Positions 50,064-59,976 of a DNA stretch of 64,000 nucleotides are shown here, piece by piece. The notes beneath the pieces are model-generated. The model saw nothing but the letters and a program-made list of their open reading frames with translations, was not told the DNA's origin and ran no database searches. Made by a program: the position numbers and the translations under genes. Source of the stretch: an uncultured bacterium (GTDB taxonomy: Bacteria > Verrucomicrobiota > Verrucomicrobiia > Verrucomicrobiales > DEV007). Every line of letters starts with the position of its first letter. Within the stretch, counting starts at the first letter, position 1. Where the stretch lies: positions 64,001 through 128,000 of the forward strand of contig CAXBMO010000002.1 in assembly GCA_963977015.1 (NCBI GenBank), in the 5' to 3' direction.

Positions 50064-51467
50064 TCACTGCATTTCACCCGCTTTCCGCAACAAATCGACA
50101 AACTCACGGCGCTTTCCGCTCTCGTCATCGCCGAGCGCAGCTTCCGCAAGATTCGCCACCTCATCGAACGCAACTTCGCCAGTTTGAAGCTGCTCGCCAA
50201 GGGTCGCGATAGCTGCGGCAAATCGAAAATCGTCGCTGGCTTCGGAAAATTTCGCCCCACCGTCCACCAGTTCCGTCCTCAAGACGCGGGAACTGCCCCC
50301 CTTTGGCTCCTGATAAACCAGTTCAACGGTCAGCATTTCAGGATCGATTGGAAACAGCTTCCCGGGAGGCAAACTCGCCATCCGATTGCCATCCTTCGGA
50401 ATCTGTGGACCCCCATTTTTGCTCTGGTCATCTTCCACAAGAACGATCTCGTAGAGGGCCGTCATGGTGTGTCCGGATTTGGTGAGCTGATCCAAAGCTG
50501 GTCCATCCGGTTCAGAAGCGGGTTTGAGATCTCCGATGAACCGGTAGCCGGAAACGCGAAGCGGATTAAAATCGACACCAATCGCGGGATTGAGCGCAAC
50601 AGGACCGCCATCCGCTGAAACGGCTGATTTCACCCCAATCCGAACCAGGCGGTGCTGGGGCTGCCAAGGGCAGGCGGCAACTTCAAGATCCAGCCGAAAG
50701 CGCTGTGATCCGGACTCCGGAAGCGGGTAGTCATAATCAAACGCGTTGACCCACTGCTCAATGTGCACGTTTTCAGAATCAGGAAGACGCCCTTCCTTCA
50801 ATTCGCGTTTCACCAAGTCAAAGCTCGTCACATCCACTTCCATCGGGAAGGAAGCAATTTTTCGATCGAGCGGATCAATGAACCGAAGACTCCGCAGGTG
50901 ATCCGGAAGTGGATCGATGAAATGAGCCAACTGAACGCTCGGCACCGGAATCGAAACCGGAGTCGGGACCAATTTGCCCTTCGGCGAGATTTTGGGTTCC
51001 ACGATTCCAGCCCGCGGCACCGCGACCGAATCGGTGTTCTTGGCGACGACCTTTGGTTGGTCTTGAGTCTGAATCGTAATGCGAAATTCGCCTATCGTCA
51101 CTTCCTCCAGTTCTTCCTCAATGGGTTTCGGCGCAGCTGCCAATTGCTTTTCGGAGTTCCGGATTGAGACAAACACCACAGCAACACAAGCGGCGACACA
51201 GGCAGCCGCAACCATTCCTGCGCGAACAATGCTTCTCTGCCAAAACGTCGGCCGAATCACTTTCGGGGTAAAAGGGAGATCCCTCATCGCGGCTTCTTCC
51301 GCGGCAAATCCGACGCGCAAAGCGCCGACCGTCTCCAGAATTTCCGAAACCGCCTCACCGCCATCGGGAAGCTGTTCCAATTCCTGTTCGACATTGGCAC
51401 GCTCATCTCCACTCAGCTCTTCGAGAGCGAAAGCAGTCAGGCGAGGATCGTTTCTATCGAGTTTCAT
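50064..51467 (-). CDS. Anti-sigma-like membrane protein with YfbK flanking domains (vWF_A-associated N-domain + DUF3520) but no vWA core
   Basis: DPRLTAFALEEL anti-sigma-like N-terminus, TM helix, GRLP..VHIEQWVNAFDYDY..PW..RIG, then directly FNP..YRFIG, GHTMTALYEI and DFRFAAA. Confidence 0.75.
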   Translation of the reverse strand: MKLDRNDPRLTAFALEELSGDERANVEQELEQLPDGGEAVSEILETVGALRVGFAAEEAAMRDLPFTPKVIRPTFWQRSIVRAGMVAAACVAACVAVVFVSIRNSEKQLAAAPKPIEEELEEVTIGEFRITIQTQDQPKVVAKNTDSVAVPRAGIVEPKISPKGKLVPTPVSIPVPSVQLAHFIDPLPDHLRSLRFIDPLDRKIASFPMEVDVTSFDLVKRELKEGRLPDSENVHIEQWVNAFDYDYPLPESGSQRFRLDLEVAACPWQPQHRLVRIGVKSAVSADGGPVALNPAIGVDFNPLRVSGYRFIGDLKPASEPDGPALDQLTKSGHTMTALYEIVLVEDDQSKNGGPQIPKDGNRMASLPPGKLFPIDPEMLTVELVYQEPKGGSSRVLRTELVDGGAKFSEASDDFRFAAAIATLGEQLQTGEVAFDEVANLAEAALGDDESGKRREFVDLLRKAGEMQ

Positions 51468-51485
51468 CGTTCAATGGAGAGAAAG

Positions 51486-52049
51486 TTAGGATTCGGTCAT
51501 CAATTCACGCAGCCTTTTGAGACCGTGATGGAGCAAATAACCCACGTTTCCGACCGTGAGCTTGGTTAGTTCGCTGATTTCCTTGTAGCTGAGGTCAGCC
51601 TGAAACTTGAGGCGAATGACTTCCCGCTGATTGGCGGGAAGGCGATCGAGGAACTCCAACGCTCGGCTATGGGAGTCCTGGCGTTCGACCAGCTTGGAGG
51701 GATTGGGTTGCGCATCGTCGCGGTAGGTTTCCAAAATCTCGGTATCGGTCACCGTCATTCGCTTGTTCTTGCGAAGAATATCCAGCGAGCGATTCCGACA
51801 AACGGTGAAGAGCCATGCCTTCAGGTTCTCGGGCTGATTCGATTTGAGCTCCCGATGCAGCTTGACGAAGGTTTCCTGAACCACATCGCGAGCCAGGTCC
51901 CAATCGGAGAGCAGGCTGTGGGCGTATCCCAAAAGCGGCTTCTCATACTCAGCCATGGCATCGCGCAACACGTCCGGGTTGGACGGCTGGGCATCTGCTG
52001 AGGGCTGAGGAAAGCTTTCCACCGCCAAATTGAGGGCTGACGTCGACAT
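51486..52049 (-). CDS. ECF sigma-70 factor
   Basis: ARDVVQETF, AWLFTVCRN, LP..QREVIRL and LSYKEI. Start taken at ATG 52049. Confidence 0.92.
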   Translation of the reverse strand: MSTSALNLAVESFPQPSADAQPSNPDVLRDAMAEYEKPLLGYAHSLLSDWDLARDVVQETFVKLHRELKSNQPENLKAWLFTVCRNRSLDILRKNKRMTVTDTEILETYRDDAQPNPSKLVERQDSHSRALEFLDRLPANQREVIRLKFQADLSYKEISELTKLTVGNVGYLLHHGLKRLRELMTES

Positions 52050-52141
52050 CGATCGCTCTTCGGGGGGAAAACGCATGAAACAGGGCCGTCTTAGAAAGTT
52101 TCTCGATCCTCGTTGATTGATACCCGATAGTCGAGCCTGCA

Positions 52142-52603
52142 ATGACCGACTTACTCGTCAAACTCTACGATCTCCCCGCCGCGCCAGAGGTGGAAAACTG
52201 CGAAATCCGTCGTGCGCTGACGCCGGAAAGGGGTGTGGCAATGACTTGGGTGGAGGAGCATTTCACACCGGGTTGGGCGCAGGAGGTTGCGTCGGCGTTC
52301 GCCGGGCAACCCGTCCGATGCCTATTCGCGATCGAGAACGGCAATTTGTTGGGATTTTCCTGCTTCAATACAACGTTCCAGGGATTTTTTGGACCGGTCG
52401 GAGTCGCGGACTCTGCCCGCGGACGTGGAATTGGCACCGCGCTCACGATTCGGGCGCTCGAGGCGATGCGTGAGGAAGGCTTCGCCTACGGCATCATTGG
52501 CGCCACCAAAGCCGAGGACTACTACGAACGATTTTTGGGCGCCATCCGGATTCCCGATTCCTGGCCGGGCGCCTACCGCGGGATGCTCAATACGCGAGGT
52601 TAG
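52142..52603 (+). CDS. GNAT-family N-acetyltransferase
   Basis: FGPVGV..ARGRGIG acetyl-CoA motif; MTDLLVKLY N-terminus. Confidence 0.88.
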   Translation: MTDLLVKLYDLPAAPEVENCEIRRALTPERGVAMTWVEEHFTPGWAQEVASAFAGQPVRCLFAIENGNLLGFSCFNTTFQGFFGPVGVADSARGRGIGTALTIRALEAMREEGFAYGIIGATKAEDYYERFLGAIRIPDSWPGAYRGMLNTRG

Positions 52604-53340
52604 CGCCCCACGATTACCGGCACCACCCAACGGACCGCCACGTTGCTACTCAGCGGCTCAAACAGGTTGTTGGGTCCGAGGGGATCGTCTTCGCCCCAAT
52701 ACAGATCGATCTGGCTTTGAAACAGACCGCCCCCGGTGTCCGCCGTCTCGAATTCGCTGCCTCCAAAGCAATTGTAAATCTGAGGATCGAGCACTTTCAG
52801 GGGAATCCCCTTTTTGAAAATCCGGCTGCTGCGATGAACCGCCGCTGATTTGCGATCAATCAACGTATTGTTGCGATTGCCCAGCGGGCGCGTTCCGTAG
52901 CCCCATCTCCCATCGTATTTCAGGTAGTTGCTTCCGCGACTCGTCGGCGTTTCCATCCGACCGAAACCTTCCATGATCGTGGCGCGAATGAAGGATTTCG
53001 GGAACTTCCGGCTTCCCAGACTGCTTCGGCCTTCCGGAGTGACATCAAATCCTCGTTCCGCAGTGAAACCCGATTCCCGCGGAGTGTAATACACCGTGCA
53101 AAAAAAATAGTAAACCGGCGGATGCTTGCCTTCGATCGCCAAATAATGCTGCTGAACGGTATTGAAGTGCTCGGAGAACGTTCGCGGCCCCACGGAAACC
53201 TCCGCATCGCTGCCGATCCTGGCAAACTCCTCCGGATCCTGAAACAGACCTTCGCGCGGCTCGGGAACGTGAAGAAGCGGGCTTGCGCTCGAAATCCCAA
53301 CGAGCATCAGCGCAAAGATCGAAATGGTGAACAGCTGCAT
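52600..53340 (-). CDS. Secreted protein with a 3D (MltA-like) domain
   Basis: Signal peptide, TVYYTP, ADTGGG and IDLYWG. Confidence 0.6.
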   Translation of the reverse strand: MQLFTISIFALMLVGISSASPLLHVPEPREGLFQDPEEFARIGSDAEVSVGPRTFSEHFNTVQQHYLAIEGKHPPVYYFFCTVYYTPRESGFTAERGFDVTPEGRSSLGSRKFPKSFIRATIMEGFGRMETPTSRGSNYLKYDGRWGYGTRPLGNRNNTLIDRKSAAVHRSSRIFKKGIPLKVLDPQIYNCFGGSEFETADTGGGLFQSQIDLYWGEDDPLGPNNLFEPLSSNVAVRWVVPVIVGR

Positions 53341-53435
53341 GGGGTCGAGTTTATCTGCATCTGTTGGGGATTCAAACCTTGAACCGCAGATCAGAAGCCG
53401 GTGGACCCGGGACCGGGTTCAAGATAGCTTCAACG

Positions 53436-54650
53436 ATGGAACTGCTGGAGAAACTCCAATTCCTTCTCAACGAACTCAGCTCGAACCCCTTTTATCGCGA
53501 TCGGCTTCCCCGATCGATTGAGGATTTGGAGGACTTTCGCCAAAAAGTGGGCTTTACCACGAAGAACGAGATCGTGCAGGATTGCCGAGATCATCCACCT
53601 TTTGGGTCGAATTTGACCTACCCGCTCGGGCAATACACCCGATTCTGCCAAAGTAGCGGGACGACGGCCGGCCCCCTTCCCTCCCTCGATACCCCCGAAA
53701 GCTGGGGCAGCCTGCTCGACGTCTGGGATCAGGTTTACGAGCATTCCGGCGTGACAACGGACCAATCCATCTTTTTCGCGTTTTCATTTGGCCCGTTCCT
53801 GGGTTTTTGGACGGCCTTTGATGCGGCGACGCGACGTGGAAATCTCTCCATTCCCGGTGGCGGGTTGAGCAGTGAGGCCCGAATCCAGACGATGGCGAGA
53901 TATGGCGCGGACGTCCTCTGCTGCACGCCGACGTATGCGATTCGACTGGGAGAAGTGCTTTCCGAACAACCTCGCGAACTCCGCGATGCGATCCGGATCC
54001 GGCGAATTCTCGTGGCGGGCGAACCGGGAGGTTCCATCCCTGCCACTCGGGCAAAAATCGAGAAGCTCTGGCCTGGCGCCAAAGTCTGGGATCATCACGG
54101 CATGACCGAAGTTGGCCCGGTGAGCTACCAGGTCGCTGGCGCGATGGAAAGCCTCATGGTGCATGAAGACGCCTTCTTCGCGGAAGTGATTGATCCCGAA
54201 ACGCAACGTGAAGTCGAGGACGGCCAGCAGGGCGAGCTGATCCTGACCACTCTCAACCGGATTGCGAAACCTCTCGTCCGCTATCGAACGGGTGATCTTG
54301 TCTGCAAGAGACGAATCAACGGTCAGCTCTGCCTCGAAGGCGGGATCCTGGGCCGGGTCGATGACATGACCATCGTCCGCGGAGTCAATATTTACCCTTC
54401 GGCAATCGAGAGAATTGTTCGCCAGTTTGATGACGCGGTCGAGTTTCAGGTGATCGAGACCGTCCGCGATTCGATGGCCGAGCTTCTTCTCGTGATTGAA
54501 CCCGCTCCGGGAGCGGACGGACCTGTGCTCGCTGAAAAAATGGCAGGCGAACTCAACACCGCATTTTCGCTGCGAATTCCGGTCAAGCTGGCAAAGGAGG
54601 GTGAGCTTCCGCGCCATGAATTCAAGTCGAATCGGTGGATCAGATCCTAA
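53436..54650 (+). CDS. Phenylacetate-CoA ligase family (PaaK/F390-synthetase-like) adenylate-forming enzyme
   Basis: SSGTT, TPTYA, AGEPG, HGMTE, RYRTGD and GRVDDM..RGVNIYP. Start taken at ATG 53436. Confidence 0.88.
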   Translation: MELLEKLQFLLNELSSNPFYRDRLPRSIEDLEDFRQKVGFTTKNEIVQDCRDHPPFGSNLTYPLGQYTRFCQSSGTTAGPLPSLDTPESWGSLLDVWDQVYEHSGVTTDQSIFFAFSFGPFLGFWTAFDAATRRGNLSIPGGGLSSEARIQTMARYGADVLCCTPTYAIRLGEVLSEQPRELRDAIRIRRILVAGEPGGSIPATRAKIEKLWPGAKVWDHHGMTEVGPVSYQVAGAMESLMVHEDAFFAEVIDPETQREVEDGQQGELILTTLNRIAKPLVRYRTGDLVCKRRINGQLCLEGGILGRVDDMTIVRGVNIYPSAIERIVRQFDDAVEFQVIETVRDSMAELLLVIEPAPGADGPVLAEKMAGELNTAFSLRIPVKLAKEGELPRHEFKSNRWIRS

Positions 54651-54695
54651 CAGTTTTCTGATTGAAAACTGCGGACGAAGATCGGACCTTTCGCG

Positions 54696-55133
54696 ATGAA
54701 AATCAGCCCCGTTTTTCTCAGTATCGTTCTTGCTGTGTTGCTCAGTTCCTGCGCCGGCCCCAGGTTCCACAAACAGTGGGAAGCGGCTCTCAATGATCCA
54801 TCAGAGCCAGGCTCCATTGCCGGCGCGTGGGAAGGAAGTTGGTTGAGCGAGAAAAACGGACATACCGGAAAGCTCAAGGCCATCGTCGATGAAACCGGCG
54901 AGAATACCTACAAATTCCTCTATTGGGCAACCTGGGGCCCCGGCATGAGGGGAACGTTTCAGATTGATTGTGAGGGAGAGGAAAAAGGCGGCGTCACAAC
55001 CGTCCGAGGCAAAAAGAAGTTGGGACCGTTTGGCACCTATCAGCACGCTGCGGAAATCACGGAAACGGATTTCGACGCGACCTTCAGCTCTGAGAAGGAA
55101 AATCTGGGCACGTTTGAGCTGATTCGCCCCTGA
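54696..55133 (+). CDS. Hypothetical lipoprotein
   Basis: Lipobox LSSC; GAWEGSW..NGHTGKL beta-barrel-like motif. Confidence 0.75.
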   Translation: MKISPVFLSIVLAVLLSSCAGPRFHKQWEAALNDPSEPGSIAGAWEGSWLSEKNGHTGKLKAIVDETGENTYKFLYWATWGPGMRGTFQIDCEGEEKGGVTTVRGKKKLGPFGTYQHAAEITETDFDATFSSEKENLGTFELIRP

Positions 55134-55140
55134 CCGGCAA

Positions 55141-55728
55141 TCAGGAATCCAGATACTTCTGGAGATTCTCCTTCAACTGCCCGCGAGCCCGGAAAATCAG
55201 GCTTTTGACCGCGCTCAAGGACAATCCCAGCACTTCGCCAATGTCCTCGTAGGGCATATCCTCGTAACGACGGAGAATCACGGCCAAGCGTTGTTTTTCC
55301 GGTAACTCCTGAATCGCGGCATCCACCGCCGCTTCCAATTCTTTCTGCAGGGTTTCTTCGTCCGGCCGCATTCCCTCATCGACGGAACTGGAAAGGTGAT
55401 GCTCCTCTTCCCGTTCATCGAGCGAAACAGAGGGCTTGCGCTGTCGGCGTCGCACCTCGTTGAACACCAGATTCCGGGTAATCGTATACATCCAGGTTGT
55501 AAACTTGGCCTGCGGCGTGTAGCGAGCAGCCGATTTCCAGATTCTCACGAAAACCTGTTGAGCGACGTCTTCCGCGTCACTCGGATTCCCCAACATCTTG
55601 GCGACCGTTCCAACCACCGCATGTTGGTGCATATCAACCAATTGCTCAAATGCCACCATGTCCCCATTCCCAATCCTGACCATCAATTCGATGCTTCGAT
55701 CATTTTGATCCTCTTCCGGGTTATCCAT
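55141..55728 (-). CDS. ECF sigma-70 factor (SigW/RpoE-like)
   Basis: GDMVAFEQLV, DAEDVAQQVF, FTTWMYTI, LPEKQR and YEDIGEVL..AVKSLIFRAR. Start taken at ATG 55728. Confidence 0.93.
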   Translation of the reverse strand: MDNPEEDQNDRSIELMVRIGNGDMVAFEQLVDMHQHAVVGTVAKMLGNPSDAEDVAQQVFVRIWKSAARYTPQAKFTTWMYTITRNLVFNEVRRRQRKPSVSLDEREEEHHLSSSVDEGMRPDEETLQKELEAAVDAAIQELPEKQRLAVILRRYEDMPYEDIGEVLGLSLSAVKSLIFRARGQLKENLQKYLDS

Positions 55729-55883
55729 GAATTTTCTACTGGGGACGCAAGCTAGCAATGGCAACTTTCGAAGCAAACGTAAGTTTTCCGCGAGAGTAGA
55801 CGCATGAGTCCCACTTGGGTTTCGTAGAAATTCGCGAGGAGAAAACCGATCCTTGAGAAACCCTACAATCGTATCTACTCTCG

Positions 55884-56900
55884 GTGCTTTTTGTGAACGA
55901 TTACGCTTTCCTCAAAACTGATTCGGGGCAGTTCGTTTGCGGATTTGGCCCTTTTTCCGAATCCGCGACGCCCTGCGAGTCGGGCGTGGCGTTTTACGTG
56001 AATGACTTCGAGTTGAGCGATCCCAGGCCGTGGAAGATTCCCGCCCGGTTTGAAATGACTCCTGATCTGGAGCCGGTGAAGAACGAGGTCGCGAACCAGG
56101 ACGAGCCCCAGATTGAGTGGCAGACGTTGCAGAACGGCCTGTTCCAAAACGTGTATGAGGACATCATGCAGGATATCCGGTCAGGGCTCCTGGAAAAGTC
56201 CGTTCCCGTGCTGACGGAACGTGGTCGGCTCCTCAAGGGAAACCTCGAAACGCTGATTCATTCGGTCGATCACCTGCCGGCGCCCTACTTCAGCTACGGT
56301 TTCCGGCTGGGTGCGTCGGGATGCATCGGGGCCTCTCCAGAACTGCTCTTTGCCCTGCACGGCCATCAACTGACGACGATGGCACTGGCCGGAACCGCTC
56401 CAACTTCGCAAGAGACGCGATTCGAGAAGGATGAGAAGGAGATCAACGAGCACGAGTTTGTCGCCGAGTATCTGATTCAGAAACTGGGAGGACTTGGCAT
56501 TGTGGATCGCGAGCCGCGCAAGCTACTGACCTTGGGGACAATCGCCCACTTTCACTCGCCGATTCACGTGGACTTGGAACAACCCCAGGAGCTTGACTCC
56601 CTGATTCGGTTGATGCATCCCACCCCGGCACTCGGTTCTTTCCCCCGAAACAAGGTGGCACTCGGGAAACTGAAGACCTATCGCGCCCAACTGAAAGCTC
56701 CGCCCCGGTTCGGCGCTCCATTTGGCGTTTGGGTCGAAGGAGCCTTCCATGCGGTCGTTGCGATTCGAAACATCAGCTGGCACGACGAGGACGTTTTTCT
56801 GCCATCGGGAGTTGGGGTCGTTCGGAAAAGCGTGTTCGAAAACGAGTGGCGGGAACTGGAGTTGAAGCGAAACGCGGTTCGGGAAACGCTGGGCCTATGA
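55884..56900 (+). CDS. Chorismate-binding enzyme, isochorismate synthase (MenF-like)
   Basis: GASPELL, ALAGT, KEINEH, HPTPALG, VAIR and EWRELELK. Confidence 0.8.
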   Translation: MLFVNDYAFLKTDSGQFVCGFGPFSESATPCESGVAFYVNDFELSDPRPWKIPARFEMTPDLEPVKNEVANQDEPQIEWQTLQNGLFQNVYEDIMQDIRSGLLEKSVPVLTERGRLLKGNLETLIHSVDHLPAPYFSYGFRLGASGCIGASPELLFALHGHQLTTMALAGTAPTSQETRFEKDEKEINEHEFVAEYLIQKLGGLGIVDREPRKLLTLGTIAHFHSPIHVDLEQPQELDSLIRLMHPTPALGSFPRNKVALGKLKTYRAQLKAPPRFGAPFGVWVEGAFHAVVAIRNISWHDEDVFLPSGVGVVRKSVFENEWRELELKRNAVRETLGL

Positions 56901-59117
56901 CGTCATGGCACCTCGCATCGTGAAGTAGAACGTCGTTCCGCTCCCTTCTTCCGATTCCAACCAAATCGAGCCGCCATGCCGCTCGACGATCTTGTTCACC
57001 ACGGCAAGCCCGATGCCGGTCCCTTCGTATTCCTCGCGGGAGTTGAGGCGTTGGAAGATTTTGAAGATGCGCTCCTTATAATCCTTCTTGATACCGATTC
57101 CATTGTCACGAACCGAAAAGCACCATTTCCCGTCTCGTGGTTTTGCCGAAACGTGAACTTTCGGGGTTTGCCCTGGCTGTGTGAATTTGATCGCGTTCGC
57201 CAACAGGTTCTGCATCAGTTGAACGAACTGCGTTTGATCGGCCGAGACCATCGGAAGTGGATCGTGGGTAACCTCGGCCCCGGATTCCCGAATCGCTTCC
57301 TGCAGATTCTTTAAAGCGTCGTTCATCACCTGTTCCGCATGAATTGGCTGTAGATCCTGCTGCTTGGAGCCAACCCGCGAATAGGTAAGCAGGTCATTGA
57401 TGAGACGTTGCATGCGATTCGCGCCATCCACGGCATAATTGATGAAGTCTTGAGCGGAATCGTCGAGCTTGTCCTTGTAGCGCCGTTCCAGCAATTTTAC
57501 GTAGCTCGCCACCATCCGAAGCGGTTCCCGCAAATCATGGGAGGCGACATAGGCAAACTGTTCCAACTCCCGCACCGAATGCTCCAAACGCGCTTCATAT
57601 TGCTTGCGGGAATCAACGTCAGTAATTGATCCCGCCATTCGGGTTGGCGCACCTTCCCCGAGCCCACGAACGGCTCGACCACGGGTATGAAACCACCGGT
57701 AATTGCCATCGCGAAGCCGAAGGCGAAACTCTTGGTCAAACATGGTCTCGTTCGAGTTCCCGTTTTGGACATGGGACTGGAGGGCTTCGAGCACGCCGCC
57801 TTTCTCCTCCGGATGCAGCCGGCTTTCCCACGCTTCAAAGGAATCCTCAAACTCATCGGGCTGATACCCCAGCAACTCCTTAAAACGATCGGAAAAGTAG
57901 ACGTGGTTGCTGTTGATATCCCAATCCCAGATTCCGGCCGCGGAGCCGCTTACCGCGAGCTCAAAGCGCTCCTTGCTGCTCTGCAATTGGGCGGTGCGCT
58001 TCTCGACCGTTTCCTCCAGCGAGCGGTTCGCGACGGTCAACTGCTTGGCCATCAAGTTAAAGGCATCGGCAAGATCCGCGATTTCATCCCTCCCATCCAC
58101 CACCGCACGGTGATCGTAATCGCCGCTCTCAATAATGTGGGCTGAGCGGGTCAGCCTTTCGACCGGCCGCAGAATCGTTGACGCCAGAAACCAGGATACA
58201 CCGCCTACCATCACCACGGTTAGGCAGGCGATCACCACGGTCAGCCTTCGCAATCGAACAATCGGACCAAGCGCTTCGCTTCGATCCACTTTCGCCTCGA
58301 GGCCCAATCGGCCGAGTTCAATGGATCGCGCCACCGACAGGACTTTTTCTCCGCGATAATCGACGACGTTGCTGTTGGCCTCCCCGGATTTGGACAACGC
58401 CGCGATGATGGGATTGCCGGTTTCTTGAACGGTTCGGCTGAACGCGGCTTTGGGATCAAAACGAGTTGGAGTCAAGAAGGTCGCACTTCCGTCCGGCTCG
58501 GCCCGCGCCAAAATGAGTTCACCGGTTTCGCCAAGCCCTTCCCTGGATGCGACGACCGCGACGAGTTCGCTTGCATCAATTTCAGCGGCAACCACGCCAA
58601 GCACCGAACCTTGCGATGCCACGGGACCGATTACCATCGTCGTTAGCTCGCCATCCGTCCCCGGATAGAATTCACCAATCACCGGGTTGTCGAGAGCCGT
58701 CTCAAAATACCCCTTCCGCGATATGTCCTTCAGCGTCTCCGGAGCAGCCTTGGTAGACGCGATTAAAGAGCCATTCGAATCGTAGACGGAAACAGAGATC
58801 AACCCGTGAGCAAGGTTTCCTGCTCGAATAACCTGCGCAATGGTCGCCTCCACATCGCCTCCACCTCTGGAGATGCCACCGTTCATCAATGCCGAACGCA
58901 GCTGTGGGCGACCGCTCAACAATCTGACTTTTTCCAGCTTCTGGTTGAGGATATCCGTTACCCTGGCGGCCTGAATTGAGGCGACGGAATCCAATTGCAA
59001 CAGAAACCGATCCTCAAGTGTCTGACGGGCTTTGGCATATCCCAGCAAACCGGCAATGAGGAATGGCAGCATGGCGATCAGGAACAACGCCAATTGGATT
59101 TTCCAACGTAACTTCAT
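56895..59117 (-). CDS. Sensor histidine kinase (TM-Cache-TM-HAMP-PAS-HisKA-HATPase)
   Basis: DEIADLADAFN (HAMP), GIWDWD..HPEE (PAS), FAYVASHDLREPLR, NLLANAIKF, DNGIG and GTGIGL. Start taken at ATG 59117. Confidence 0.93.
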   Translation of the reverse strand: MKLRWKIQLALFLIAMLPFLIAGLLGYAKARQTLEDRFLLQLDSVASIQAARVTDILNQKLEKVRLLSGRPQLRSALMNGGISRGGGDVEATIAQVIRAGNLAHGLISVSVYDSNGSLIASTKAAPETLKDISRKGYFETALDNPVIGEFYPGTDGELTTMVIGPVASQGSVLGVVAAEIDASELVAVVASREGLGETGELILARAEPDGSATFLTPTRFDPKAAFSRTVQETGNPIIAALSKSGEANSNVVDYRGEKVLSVARSIELGRLGLEAKVDRSEALGPIVRLRRLTVVIACLTVVMVGGVSWFLASTILRPVERLTRSAHIIESGDYDHRAVVDGRDEIADLADAFNLMAKQLTVANRSLEETVEKRTAQLQSSKERFELAVSGSAAGIWDWDINSNHVYFSDRFKELLGYQPDEFEDSFEAWESRLHPEEKGGVLEALQSHVQNGNSNETMFDQEFRLRLRDGNYRWFHTRGRAVRGLGEGAPTRMAGSITDVDSRKQYEARLEHSVRELEQFAYVASHDLREPLRMVASYVKLLERRYKDKLDDSAQDFINYAVDGANRMQRLINDLLTYSRVGSKQQDLQPIHAEQVMNDALKNLQEAIRESGAEVTHDPLPMVSADQTQFVQLMQNLLANAIKFTQPGQTPKVHVSAKPRDGKWCFSVRDNGIGIKKDYKERIFKIFQRLNSREEYEGTGIGLAVVNKIVERHGGSIWLESEEGSGTTFYFTMRGAMTS

Positions 59118-59213
59118 CGAACACGCAGCACGAGAGTAGGACTCTGGTGGAAGATGGGCAAAGCTATATGAAGTGCCCCATGGCAAGCAACCTTGAATCG
59201 CCGAAACCTCTGA

Positions 59214-59951
59214 TCATGACGTTGGTTTTTCGAACACCATGAAATGTTGGCTCGGAAGAAATGTCCTCGTTTCTTTCCAAACAAGCCCGACTGCTTCCAT
59301 TTCGCGTTTCGACTGGGCTTCCGTCATTTTGTGAAGCGGTTTGATCGGCACTTCCGGGTCTTCGCCCCGATACTCCAACAGGACGACCCGGCCTCCCGGT
59401 TTGAGTCCTTTGAAAATCGACTCCATCATCTCGCGTGGATGCGAAAATTCGTGGTAGGCATCCACCATGAGGACGACGTCAACTTCCCCCTCGGGCAATT
59501 TCGTGTCCTCGATTTCCCCCTGATGTGCGACCACGTGATCGAGATTCTTGGCCCCGGCCCGAAGCGTAATAAAATTGAGCATTGCCTCCTGAATATCGAC
59601 CGCCAACACCTTCCCCTCCGGCACGTGCGGCGCGATGCGAAACGTAAAGTAGCCACTGCCCGCACCAATGTCCGCGACCACGTCGGTCGGCCGAAGATCC
59701 ATGTTCTTCACCACTTCCTCGGGAAGTTCCTCGCGTTCTCGCTCCGGCCGTTCCAGCCAACGAATGGCGCCATGCCCAACCACGTGAGAAATCTCCCGCC
59801 CCATGTAAACCTTGCCAATTCCGTCGCGACTGGCGGGTTTGGTTGAGTAATGACTCGGAAGGGAATTTTCCTGCGCGAATCCCGTGCAGAGAGGGAACAC
59901 GATCCAAAGCAAACAGGTGCGAATCTTGGGGTTTATCATCGCGGCAACCAA
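59214..59951 (-). CDS. Secreted-type class I SAM-dependent methyltransferase
   Basis: YMGREI, VADIGAGSGYF, VDAYHE and LKPGG; signal-like N-terminus. Exact start uncertain. Confidence 0.88.
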   Translation of the reverse strand: MVAAMINPKIRTCLLWIVFPLCTGFAQENSLPSHYSTKPASRDGIGKVYMGREISHVVGHGAIRWLERPEREREELPEEVVKNMDLRPTDVVADIGAGSGYFTFRIAPHVPEGKVLAVDIQEAMLNFITLRAGAKNLDHVVAHQGEIEDTKLPEGEVDVVLMVDAYHEFSHPREMMESIFKGLKPGGRVVLLEYRGEDPEVPIKPLHKMTEAQSKREMEAVGLVWKETRTFLPSQHFMVFEKPTS

Positions 59952-59976
59952 GCATGGTTCCCTTGGGGAAGCACGC

